This document shows positions 17,846-26,438 of a DNA stretch of 51,648 bases, piece after piece (within the stretch, counting starts at the first letter, position 1; every line of letters starts with the position of its first letter). Source of the DNA: Clostridia bacterium. GTDB lineage: Bacteria > Bacillota > Clostridia > Oscillospirales > CAG-272. The translations under genes and the position numbers were made by a program. The notes under the pieces were generated by a model. The model saw nothing but the letters and a program-made list of their open reading frames with translations. It was not told the DNA's origin and ran no database searches. The stretch covers positions 1 to 51,648 of the forward strand of contig JAFUMU010000034.1 in assembly GCA_017482495.1 (NCBI GenBank), read 5' to 3'.

Positions 17846-19981
17846 GTGGAATTTTTTGCAACTAACGGAATACGTCCCGTACGTCTCAGCGAGGATACAA
17901 GGCGCTTCGCACACGAATCAGTTAACCACAGATACGGAAAGGAAACGTGGGAATGCCCCGCCGTTTCCATGGACGATATCGACGGCTTTGACAAGCTTTC
18001 CGATATTGATAAATACGACAGGATAATAGAGCGCATTGCCAAAACTGCGCCCATCCGCATTTGCGACGGCGAGAAGATAAGCGGTGCGGCAACTCTCGGC
18101 TATGCCATCACGCACAACGTCCCCGCCACCTTCGGCGGAAACCTTATATTCGGCTCGGTAAGCCATCTTACCATAGATTTCGAAACGGTGGTGCGCTGTG
18201 GTGTTGACCACATTCAGCGCTGTGCAGAGGATGCATTTAAAAAGCATAAGGGCACAGAGAGAGAAAGATTTGCAAAAAGCTGTCTTAACTGCCTTGACTA
18301 TTTCAGAATTTGGCACGGCAGATATCTTGATGCGCTCAGCATCTTGCCGGAATACAAAGATAATTACGAGGCTCTGAAAAACGTTCCCTTCTCCCCTGCA
18401 AAAAGCTTCGCCCAGGCACTTCAAAGCATATGGTTCGTCTTCGCCTTCAACCGACTCTGCGGCAACTGGCCCGGCATCGGAAGAATAGATATGCTTCTGG
18501 GAGACTATCTTGAAAAGGACCTTAAGGACGGCGTCATCACCTTGAGCGAGGCAAGAGAGCTCCTGGCTCACTTCTTCATCAAGGGATGCGAATGGATCTG
18601 CGGCGGCGACTACGGCAGCGGAGACGCTCAGCACTATCAGAACATCCTCCTTGCAGGAATTGACGAAAACGGAAACGAGATAACCAACTCTGTTACCTAT
18701 CTTGTTCTCGACGTGCTTGAGGAGCTTGGAATAAGCGACTTCCCCACTACCGTGAGGATAGGTAAAAACACCGACCCCAAGCTTCTTCGCAGAATATCGG
18801 AGGTGATCCGTCTCGGCGGAGGAGTTATCGCGATTTACAACGAAGACCTTGTTATCGACTCTCTCACAATGAGAGGCTATTCCCTCTCCGAGGCAAGAAA
18901 ATTTGCCAACGACGGCTGCTGGGAGATACAGATCCCCGGCAAGACCTTCTTCACCTATGCTCCCTTCGACAGCCTGCAGATACTGCAGAGAGAAACTCTC
19001 GCAGAGTATAGCGAGAACGTGGATTTCCCCGATTTCGACTCACTTTACAAAAAATACATAAGCGACCTTGAGAGAAACGTTTCCAAAATATTTTCCGACA
19101 GAAAAAGATATGAATACAACGTAAAATGCGAAAAAGAGCGCAAGTGGTTTTGGGAGCCGCCCATCCCCTGCACAGTGGTTTCTCTCTTCGAGGACGGATG
19201 CATTGAAAAGGGACTTTCATATTTTGAGGGAGGCCCCCGCTACAACGTTGTTTCTCCCCACATAGGCGGTCTGCCTGATACGGCAAACAGCCTCTACGCC
19301 ATAAAAAAGCTCGTTTTTGACGATTGTAAGCTGTCCCTCTCCGAGCTTTTGAAAATACTTAAGAGTAACTGGGAAGATAACGAGCATCTGCGCAGATATG
19401 CCATGAATAAATACGTCTATTTCGGCAACGATAACGACGAGGTGGATACCATCGCCTCAAACATCGTCCGTGATTTTGCCAAAATATGCGATGATATCAG
19501 CGCCACCTGCCCATATGACACACCCGCAGGAATAAGCACCTTCGGACGTCAGATAGAATGGTCGGGCAAGAGATATGCAACCCCCTTCGGCAGAAGAGCG
19601 GGAGATATACTCTCGGGCAACTTCTCTCCCACACCGGGAACTGACAGAGAGGGCGCAACTGCCATCATCCGCTCCTATTGCAAGGCAGACCTGAGACACA
19701 CAGCATCGGGCGCAGCCCTTGACATAAAGCTTATGCCCGGCGTTGTTAAGGGCGACGTTGGACTTGATGCCATCAGCGCGCTTATACAGGGCTTTGCTTC
19801 CCTGGGAGGCCATTTCATGCAAATTGATATTGCAGATGCCGAGCTTCTGAAAGCGGCACAAGAACATCCCGAGGAATACCAGAACCTTTCCGTTCGTGTT
19901 TCGGGCTGGAATGCTCGCTTCGTGACCCTCAGCCGCGAATGGCAGGATATGATAATCGCCCAGACAGGACGCGACATATGA
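17846..19981 (+). CDS. Glycyl radical enzyme (PFL-like superfamily), substrate unknown
   Basis: C-terminal HPEEYQNLSVRVSGW radical loop; Cys loop NDGCWE; GRIDMLL, FGNDNDEVD, ATPFGRRAG motifs; GAGGTG RBS. Confidence 0.9.
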   Translation: MEFFATNGIRPVRLSEDTRRFAHESVNHRYGKETWECPAVSMDDIDGFDKLSDIDKYDRIIERIAKTAPIRICDGEKISGAATLGYAITHNVPATFGGNLIFGSVSHLTIDFETVVRCGVDHIQRCAEDAFKKHKGTERERFAKSCLNCLDYFRIWHGRYLDALSILPEYKDNYEALKNVPFSPAKSFAQALQSIWFVFAFNRLCGNWPGIGRIDMLLGDYLEKDLKDGVITLSEARELLAHFFIKGCEWICGGDYGSGDAQHYQNILLAGIDENGNEITNSVTYLVLDVLEELGISDFPTTVRIGKNTDPKLLRRISEVIRLGGGVIAIYNEDLVIDSLTMRGYSLSEARKFANDGCWEIQIPGKTFFTYAPFDSLQILQRETLAEYSENVDFPDFDSLYKKYISDLERNVSKIFSDRKRYEYNVKCEKERKWFWEPPIPCTVVSLFEDGCIEKGLSYFEGGPRYNVVSPHIGGLPDTANSLYAIKKLVFDDCKLSLSELLKILKSNWEDNEHLRRYAMNKYVYFGNDNDEVDTIASNIVRDFAKICDDISATCPYDTPAGISTFGRQIEWSGKRYATPFGRRAGDILSGNFSPTPGTDREGATAIIRSYCKADLRHTASGAALDIKLMPGVVKGDVGLDAISALIQGFASLGGHFMQIDIADAELLKAAQEHPEEYQNLSVRVSGWNARFVTLSREWQDMIIAQTGRDI

Positions 19982-19984
19982 TAA

Positions 19985-20018
19985 TAAAAAAGCAGTAGCA
20001 AAAATGCTACTGCTTTTT
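19985..20018. terminator. Bidirectional intrinsic terminator
   Basis: aaaaagcagtagca-aaaa-tgctactgcttttt between convergent genes. Confidence 0.85.
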
Positions 20019-20019
20019 G

Positions 20020-21510
20020 TTATACAAGCTTAAGTACCACGCCGGGCTCGGATGTATCAGCATCGGGCTGTGCTTCTCTTCCCACAAAGGATATAAGCTG
20101 ACCGGGGATCTTGAGCCTTCCGTTCTCTATCTTAACATACTCAGTCATATCATATGCCGCGTCTCCCGCAATATCCTGCATCAGCACCCGGCTGTATTCT
20201 GCTGTAGTTGTGAGAGAAAACGACTTATACTCTCCGAATATGCCCACTGTGTCTGCCGCACCTATATTGACTTCCACGTGACATTTCGGAATACAGTATA
20301 GCTTTTTCAGCGAGCGTCCCAAGGTTGCAACGGAATAAACGCCGTTTGGGTTAAGAGACGCAACGCAGAAAGGCTTCTCGCCTATATCCGAAATAACACA
20401 GGGAAGCTCTGTGTTTCTGGCAATCGCCACAGGCGCGGTCTTTGTCAGTACGCCGTCAACAGTATTATCTTTAATAATACCGTGCCCAAGCCACCAAGCC
20501 TCTATCTCCTCTTCCACCTTTCTGTATTCCCACACGTCGTCAAGAGTTTCGCTTGAAGCAATAAACGTTCCGCCGCTGAAGGCAGGAGCAACTCTGTGCC
20601 ATCTTGCGGCTCTTGCCACCTCAAACATTTTTGTTTTCAAATCTCTGTGAACTGCGGGGAAGGACATATCCGCTCTTCCGTCGGGGAGACATCCGCTGTG
20701 AGGATGACGCATGATTCCCATTGCATATCCGCACGCCGCCGCGATATACGCCTCGTCCTCGCAGTTGATAAGTCCCATTGCAGGATCCTTGGGCGCAGGT
20801 GCGTCGCTGTAGTGCACAAGCTTTTCGAGAGTCATGGGAATAGACATAAGGGCAGGAACGTCGTATGTCCTGAAGGTCTGCGCATAGGGGATAACTTCTT
20901 TTATGATGGAATGCTCTATAACAAGCTCGGGAGCATACTCCGCCGCAAGGTCGGTGAGCATTTTTCTATACTGAAGTGAGTGATCCTTTGCGCCCCAGTC
21001 AACCTTCCAATATGAAACCCCCGCTTCATTTGCCGCAATTATGCGCTCCTTCCAATATTCCGTTTCCGTTTTACCCTCGGAATATATAGACGATTCCTGA
21101 GCGCACACCCAGCCGCCCAGCCCCTTCCATCCAAGGCTTTTTATCTTCTTTGAAAGAGATTCAAGACTGTAGCTTGGAAATTTATCGGGGCTGAGGATAA
21201 GACTTCCGTGATATCTTTCATCGTTTGAAAGAGGTACGTCCCAACTGTCATCCATAACTATAAAAAGGTCGCCTCTTGCCTTTTCGTGAAAATATGCCCA
21301 TCCGTAGGGCTTCTCAGGGTTAAAAAGCGAGTTTTCATTTATTGCCCTTCTCTGCTCGCCCGGCTTGCCGTCGCTTGTAGCATAAAGCTGTGTTTGCCAC
21401 GTACAGTAATAATCAGGCGTCGGATTTACAACATCAGGAATAAGATCTATATCTGTTTTCTTCATAGTATATCCTCGTATGCTTTCAACACATTTTTCGT
21501 ATTGTACCAT
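20020..21510 (-). CDS. Putative glycoside hydrolase of clan GH-D-like fold (GH27/31/36-related)
   Basis: YCTWQTQ, MDDSWD, GLGGWV, YWKVDWG (KxD nucleophile-like), FRTYDV (acid/base-like); no signal peptide. Confidence 0.6.
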   Translation of the reverse strand: MVQYEKCVESIRGYTMKKTDIDLIPDVVNPTPDYYCTWQTQLYATSDGKPGEQRRAINENSLFNPEKPYGWAYFHEKARGDLFIVMDDSWDVPLSNDERYHGSLILSPDKFPSYSLESLSKKIKSLGWKGLGGWVCAQESSIYSEGKTETEYWKERIIAANEAGVSYWKVDWGAKDHSLQYRKMLTDLAAEYAPELVIEHSIIKEVIPYAQTFRTYDVPALMSIPMTLEKLVHYSDAPAPKDPAMGLINCEDEAYIAAACGYAMGIMRHPHSGCLPDGRADMSFPAVHRDLKTKMFEVARAARWHRVAPAFSGGTFIASSETLDDVWEYRKVEEEIEAWWLGHGIIKDNTVDGVLTKTAPVAIARNTELPCVISDIGEKPFCVASLNPNGVYSVATLGRSLKKLYCIPKCHVEVNIGAADTVGIFGEYKSFSLTTTAEYSRVLMQDIAGDAAYDMTEYVKIENGRLKIPGQLISFVGREAQPDADTSEPGVVLKLV

Positions 21511-21646
21511 AAATCTCCCTTAAAGTAAATATTCTCTCAGATATTCTGCATATCTACACATTTTGAGCCTTCCCATACACTAAAGATAAACTAAGATACA
21601 AAGCCTATCACCAAATAAGAAAAACTGACGAAAATGTCAGTTTTTC

Positions 21647-22651
21647 TTATTTCTCTTTAGCTTTATCGATCAGCGCAGTTATCCAGTGCCCTGTGAATCC
21701 CCACTTTGCCACTGCAGAGCCTATCTTGTTTCCAAAAACCAAAACTATAACAACAGAGATCAATGCAGTGACTATGAAAAAATGCAGAGCACTCATATGT
21801 GTAATATTATTTTTCATCAATATCTTTATGAAAAATCCGTGGAAAATATATATGGGGAAAGTATTCTGTCCTACTACTGTCAAAAGCGGCACCTTAATAT
21901 TTGGAATTGAAAACAGCAAAAAGCCTATCCATACAAAACCAACTACCATTAAGAATACTCTCAGATGCCACGTATCACCTGTCTTTACATATGCAAAAAC
22001 ACCGTATAGTTCGTTGAGCCCAACCGTTTTGCTTTTCAGGATAACCGTTTCAACTACCACAACAGCTATAGCCAAAAGAGCAGCGCATACTGATTTTATG
22101 CCAATTCTCATACCTTGTATCTTTTCTGCAAGTGCTATATCCTTTGCATAATGGCCTGCTACAAAGAAAGGAAGGAATGTGAAAAATCTACCCATAGCAA
22201 ATGAATATTCAATACCGGTATTGAATCCTGATATAATGGAAACCACTGCGCTTATTGCAAAAACGATCCATCTCAATACAGCCTTGTTGGTGGTGATAAA
22301 TGGGATAAGCATACAGTAAAATGCCATTGCTAACAAATACCACAGTGTAAACTGAGGCATGCTCATAATAAAAATATTTGATGCACCGTTAAGATAATAT
22401 TTAGTGAAAACATTATATATAAGCTGCAAAAGTACATAAGGATATATATATCCTATAAATATCCTTTTGGGATGAAATTTCGCAAAATAGCCTGATATAA
22501 AAACAAAAACAGGCATATGGAATGAATAAATAAATTCAGTAAGATATCTTATTTTCAAGCTGCCGGAAATTTCAAAAAAATGACCTATGACCACTAAAAA
22601 TATAAGTAGTGATCTGATATTGTCCATTTTATAGCTTCTGATGTTACTCAT
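21647..22651 (-). CDS. Acyltransferase-3 family membrane O-acyltransferase
   Basis: DNIRSLLIFLVVIGH, IYSFHMPVFVFISGYF, LWYL, IYIFH; about 10 TM helices. Confidence 0.9.
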   Translation of the reverse strand: MSNIRSYKMDNIRSLLIFLVVIGHFFEISGSLKIRYLTEFIYSFHMPVFVFISGYFAKFHPKRIFIGYIYPYVLLQLIYNVFTKYYLNGASNIFIMSMPQFTLWYLLAMAFYCMLIPFITTNKAVLRWIVFAISAVVSIISGFNTGIEYSFAMGRFFTFLPFFVAGHYAKDIALAEKIQGMRIGIKSVCAALLAIAVVVVETVILKSKTVGLNELYGVFAYVKTGDTWHLRVFLMVVGFVWIGFLLFSIPNIKVPLLTVVGQNTFPIYIFHGFFIKILMKNNITHMSALHFFIVTALISVVIVLVFGNKIGSAVAKWGFTGHWITALIDKAKEK

Positions 22652-23550
22652 TATTTTACATGTATAAAGTTTCCGTACGTTTCGTTTACAAGCTCGTAAA
22701 ATGCAAATGTGTCGCTGTAGCTGCCGATTATGTTCTTAACGTCTGTAAGCTGATGCTTGTTTACTACGCAAATAAGAACGCTTTTTTCTGTATTAGTATA
22801 TGTACCCACAGCATCCAGCTTCGTGGTGCTGTGCATAAGACGGTCGGAAACCTCTTTGGATATCTCATCGGGATGAGTTGTTATAATAGTGAATTTGTAT
22901 GCAGTCTTTGTACCCTTTATCATATAGTTACCGACAAAGTTGGATATGAAGCAATATGTGATACAAAGGGCAACAGGCTTGTAGTCTGCGCTTCCGCCCT
23001 CAGAGTATACGAACAGTGAAACAACCGCCACAATGGCATTGAGAATAAACGTTACCTTAAAGAAATTTGTCTCGGGTCTTACCTTGTTTATATATCTTGA
23101 AACGATGTCTGTTCCGCCGGTTGATGCGTTGCACTTAAGACACATTCCGTATACAAGACCTGAGATAACACCGCTTATGATAACGGGAAATATAGTGTCG
23201 TGACCCTGAGCGTTGTACTTGATAAAATCCGTGTTTGACTGCTGGAGAAGCAGATACGCCGCAGAATATACAAGGGAGAATACCAAGGTCTTTACTGCAA
23301 ATCTCCTGTCCACAAGAAAATATGCAAGAATACAAAGAGGAACGTTGATAATAAGAGACATATAGCTGATACTGAAGCCTGTTTTGAACTGTATCATAGT
23401 TGCAATACCGTTAAGCCCCGCAGGAGCAAAATGATTTTCAACGATAAAGATATGATAGTTGAAGGCGAGTATAACAGCCACGCCGATTATTATAGCGTAA
23501 GAAAAGATTTTTTTTATAGTATTATTCACGTCCATCACCTCGTAGAACAT
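22651..23550 (-). CDS. YitT family membrane protein
   Basis: APAGLNGIA, INVPL, ASTGGTDIV, C-terminal GTYT..K.VLICVV domain. Confidence 0.85.
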   Translation of the reverse strand: MFYEVMDVNNTIKKIFSYAIIIGVAVILAFNYHIFIVENHFAPAGLNGIATMIQFKTGFSISYMSLIINVPLCILAYFLVDRRFAVKTLVFSLVYSAAYLLLQQSNTDFIKYNAQGHDTIFPVIISGVISGLVYGMCLKCNASTGGTDIVSRYINKVRPETNFFKVTFILNAIVAVVSLFVYSEGGSADYKPVALCITYCFISNFVGNYMIKGTKTAYKFTIITTHPDEISKEVSDRLMHSTTKLDAVGTYTNTEKSVLICVVNKHQLTDVKNIIGSYSDTFAFYELVNETYGNFIHVK

Positions 23551-23691
23551 TTTACTACAAATCCCGACAAATGTAAATAGATTTAATATGGTAAAATCCT
23601 TTAATACTGCAAAGAGCGACGAGAACGGCCGTGCCCTAAAACAAAAGTGCCGGGCGGGGACGCATCGTCGCTCCTTACGGATATTAATCGA

Positions 23692-24810
23692 TCATCTCAA
23701 CACGACCTTATGGTCAACTATTCCAACAGTAGCTCCCACGGAAATGTTATTTCCAAGCCAATCGGCGCTTTTTCCGTGAGCGGAAAGGACAAAGCCACCC
23801 GAAGGAATTACTGTATTTCCAACTCCCCAAGGTCTTATCTCCAAAACCCTTCCGTCCTTTGAACAAGCCGCCTCCTTGCCCCATTTATTGGTGCCTGTGG
23901 TGCTCTTGCCTTTATAGACTACAAGGCAGTCTGTGGCTCTCGGAATATTTTCGCCCGAAACATATCCGCCTCCGCAAGGGATAACATATGCTCTGTTATT
24001 TTCAAAAAATACAGTATAGCCTGCACGGATATTTTCAAGCATCCACTTCCCTGCATCTCCGTGTCCCGAAAGGACACATCCACCATCAGGGATATCCAGC
24101 TTGCAGGCTCCGTAAACAGGGGACGATATAGCCCTGCCGTGGCGATCGATACATACCTCTGCGCCCCATTTGTTTGTGCCTGTTTTTCCCTTACCCGTGT
24201 ACTTTATAAGCATATCTGCACCTCTGTGGCAGTTTTCGCCGTTAAGCGCCTTGTTTGCAAGAGATGTAACACGCGTTTCGGTATATTCTATAAAGGGTAG
24301 CTTTCCGTGACAGGTCCAGTTCCGCCTGTTATATCCCGCAACATTCCTGTTACATGCTGTTATCTGTACATCACCCGAAAAGGATGGTGTGCACTCAACC
24401 GCAAGCCCGTCGCCTATGTAAACTCCCACATGCCCGGGCATATAAAGCAGCTCTCCCTCTTTGATATGGGAAAAGTCATACGATACATCGGTACATATCT
24501 TTATCATTTGAGAATCGGAAATGTCCCCCACACCGTTTGAAGCGTATACCGCCCCTCCGTAGGGCTTTCCCGCATCGCCGTTCCATCCCCAAAGCACCGC
24601 CTTGATAAGACAAACACAGTCAAAGCCGAAATATCCCTTGTTAATATGGTCCCGAAGAAGAGCTTCTCTTCCCTTGTTGTAGGAATAAGCGTTTAGGTAT
24701 CTTCCTATAGATGCAGAAGTAAGTGGAGCGCCAAAGCATCCAAGTACATAGACCGTTTTGTAGTCTGTTGCGATTTTTTTTAGCTTCTCAACAAATTCTC
24801 TGTCTGTCAT
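23692..24810 (-). CDS. Endolysin-like cell-wall hydrolase (NlpC/P60-type N-domain, two C-terminal repeats)
   Basis: GFDCVCLIK (Cys) and PGHVGVYIG (His); repeat TGTNKWG.E...IP.GG.VLS.HG twice; no signal peptide; follows two holin-like genes. Confidence 0.78.
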   Translation of the reverse strand: MTDREFVEKLKKIATDYKTVYVLGCFGAPLTSASIGRYLNAYSYNKGREALLRDHINKGYFGFDCVCLIKAVLWGWNGDAGKPYGGAVYASNGVGDISDSQMIKICTDVSYDFSHIKEGELLYMPGHVGVYIGDGLAVECTPSFSGDVQITACNRNVAGYNRRNWTCHGKLPFIEYTETRVTSLANKALNGENCHRGADMLIKYTGKGKTGTNKWGAEVCIDRHGRAISSPVYGACKLDIPDGGCVLSGHGDAGKWMLENIRAGYTVFFENNRAYVIPCGGGYVSGENIPRATDCLVVYKGKSTTGTNKWGKEAACSKDGRVLEIRPWGVGNTVIPSGGFVLSAHGKSADWLGNNISVGATVGIVDHKVVLR

Positions 24811-24811
24811 A

Positions 24812-25012
24812 TTAAGCCTCCTTGCCCGGCAAATTCATGACTGCCGCAAGTCCTGCTGATACAGCCGATATAAGCAGTCCGAAAAGCGCCGTTTTCATGG
24901 CGCCAAACTCCATATCAGCCGTTATTACCGTGGGGATGGCTACCACAGCATAGCCCACAGCAGACTGTAGAAATGTCCTGCCCGCACGCCAAAATGTTTC
25001 CTTCAAATTCAA
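24812..25012 (-). CDS. Phage-type holin-like protein (2 TM)
   Basis: RAGRTFLQSAVG motif typical of Firmicutes phage holins; 66 aa; directly upstream of the hydrolase. Confidence 0.7.
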   Translation of the reverse strand: MNLKETFWRAGRTFLQSAVGYAVVAIPTVITADMEFGAMKTALFGLLISAVSAGLAAVMNLPGKEA

Positions 25013-25275
25013 TCATTCCTTTCTTTTTCATAGTGTTCAAGATTTGACAGACGAATACCGTGACAAACAACATCCTTTTTAAGATGAGCTATCTCACGGT
25101 TCATCTGCCCATGCTCCTTTTCGCTTCTGTCAATGAAGCTCTGGAGAGCAGAATTCAGGGAATCAACAGAGCAGTTCAGCTTCGTCAAGGTCTTTGAAAG
25201 GTTGGCAATGACCCTTCCAATGGCAATACCGACCGTAACGATGGATATGAGCGCCGCTATCATCTCCCAAGTCAT
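25009..25275 (-). CDS. Holin-associated / XhlA-like protein (N-terminal TM plus coiled coil)
   Basis: N-terminal hydrophobic helix, LTKLNCSVD, H.IRLSNLE; 4-nt overlap with the next gene. Confidence 0.65.
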   Translation of the reverse strand: MTWEMIAALISIVTVGIAIGRVIANLSKTLTKLNCSVDSLNSALQSFIDRSEKEHGQMNREIAHLKKDVVCHGIRLSNLEHYEKERND

Positions 25276-25502
25276 CCTGTTTTACTTACAGCTTTTCTTA
25301 GTTTAAACATCTTATAAAAACTGTTCCTCCTTTGTGTTTTTCTTCCGACACTATGATCATATCAAATCTCACTCTGTATTTCTCCCCATCAGTGACAGTG
25401 AAATTTTTTTGTATAAATACAAGAAAAAACTTGCAAAATTCAATATATGGTGTATAATAATTAAAGAACAAACTATATGTGTAACGAGAGGTATTGTCCA
25501 AA

Positions 25503-25943
25503 ATGAAATGTCCTTCCTGCGGATCCGTAGATATTAAGGTAGTAGATTCCAGACCCGTTGATGAAAATAATTCCATCCGCCGCCGCAGAGAGTGCCTCTC
25601 CTGCCAGACAAGATTTACGACCTATGAGGTCATTGACGCATTCCAGCCCGTTGTAGTTAAAAAGGACGGAACAAAGGAGCTCTTTGATAAGAATAAAATG
25701 CTCACAGGACTTATGAAAGCCTGCGAGAAGCGTCCCGTAAATGCAGAAGCATTGGCAGCGGAGATCGAAGCAGAGATACATAATAGCCTGCGCCGTGAGA
25801 TCACATCCTCCGAGCTTGGAGAGATCGCAATGGAAAAGCTCCGCAAGCTGGATGCGGTTGCATACGTAAGATTTGCATCAGTGCACCGTGAATTTAAGGA
25901 CGTTGAAACCTTTATGGAAGAGCTTAAAACCCTTAAGAATTGA
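25503..25943 (+). CDS. nrdR: Transcriptional repressor NrdR
   Basis: MKCPSCG, VVDSR, IRRRRECLSC, RFTTYE, ATP-cone, VAYVRFASV. Confidence 0.97.
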   Translation: MKCPSCGSVDIKVVDSRPVDENNSIRRRRECLSCQTRFTTYEVIDAFQPVVVKKDGTKELFDKNKMLTGLMKACEKRPVNAEALAAEIEAEIHNSLRREITSSELGEIAMEKLRKLDAVAYVRFASVHREFKDVETFMEELKTLKN

Positions 25944-25976
25944 TAAAATAATACAAAAAGCCACAGCAGCTTTCTC

Positions 25977-26005
25977 TTGACAGTGGTAAGTTGCTGTGGT
26001 ATACT
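25977..26005 (+). promoter_or_regulatory. Sigma-A promoter for tRNA-Gln
   Basis: TTGACA-N17-TATACT with extended TG, embedded in IR ccacagcagct/agttgctgtgg. Confidence 0.8.
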
Positions 26006-26021
26006 TTTAGTTGCTTGATAT

Positions 26022-26095
26022 TGGGATATGGTGTAACGGTAACACACGGGACTTTGACTCCCGCTTTGCAGGTTCGAGCCCTGCTATCCCAGCCA
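26022..26095 (+). tRNA. tRNA-Gln (UUG)
   Basis: Acceptor TGGGATA/TATCCCA, anticodon arm cggga-cTTTGac-tcccg, T-loop GGTTCGAGCC, encoded CCA. Confidence 0.96.
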
Positions 26096-26096
26096 A

Positions 26097-26130
26097 TAGA
26101 AAAAGCACCCGTTGGGTGCTTTTTCTATTG
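26097..26130 (+). terminator. Terminator-like hairpin after tRNA-Gln (part of a longer IR)
   Basis: tagaaaaagcacc-cgttg-ggtgctttttcta. Confidence 0.75.
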
Positions 26131-26438
26131 GCTAGGATATCGCACAGGGCTCGAAAGCTGAGCTTCGCATGAAGTTTTGCTTTACCTCGTGGTCAATTTG
26201 CGAAGCTCCGAAAAGCTGCGCTTTTCATTTTCTTTAACTTGGCGGCGACAAAAATGCTCCGGTGGAGCATTTTTAGGACGTAGCGCCGCCACCTCATATC
26301 GTACAGTTAACATAGCTTGAGGTGGCACCAAAAGCTTCGCTTTTCACCTTCTTTTCTATGGCATGACAACAACAAGCCTCCTTGCAAACCAAAAGGCTGT
26401 CGCAAAACGCAACAGCCTTTCTTGCTATTATTGTTAAA

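Noticed and set aside
23692-26095. Prophage integrated at tRNA-Gln
   Set aside because: No integrase or direct-repeat att pair seen; nrdR separates the lysis genes from the tRNA, and the tRNA 3' duplicate is inverted.
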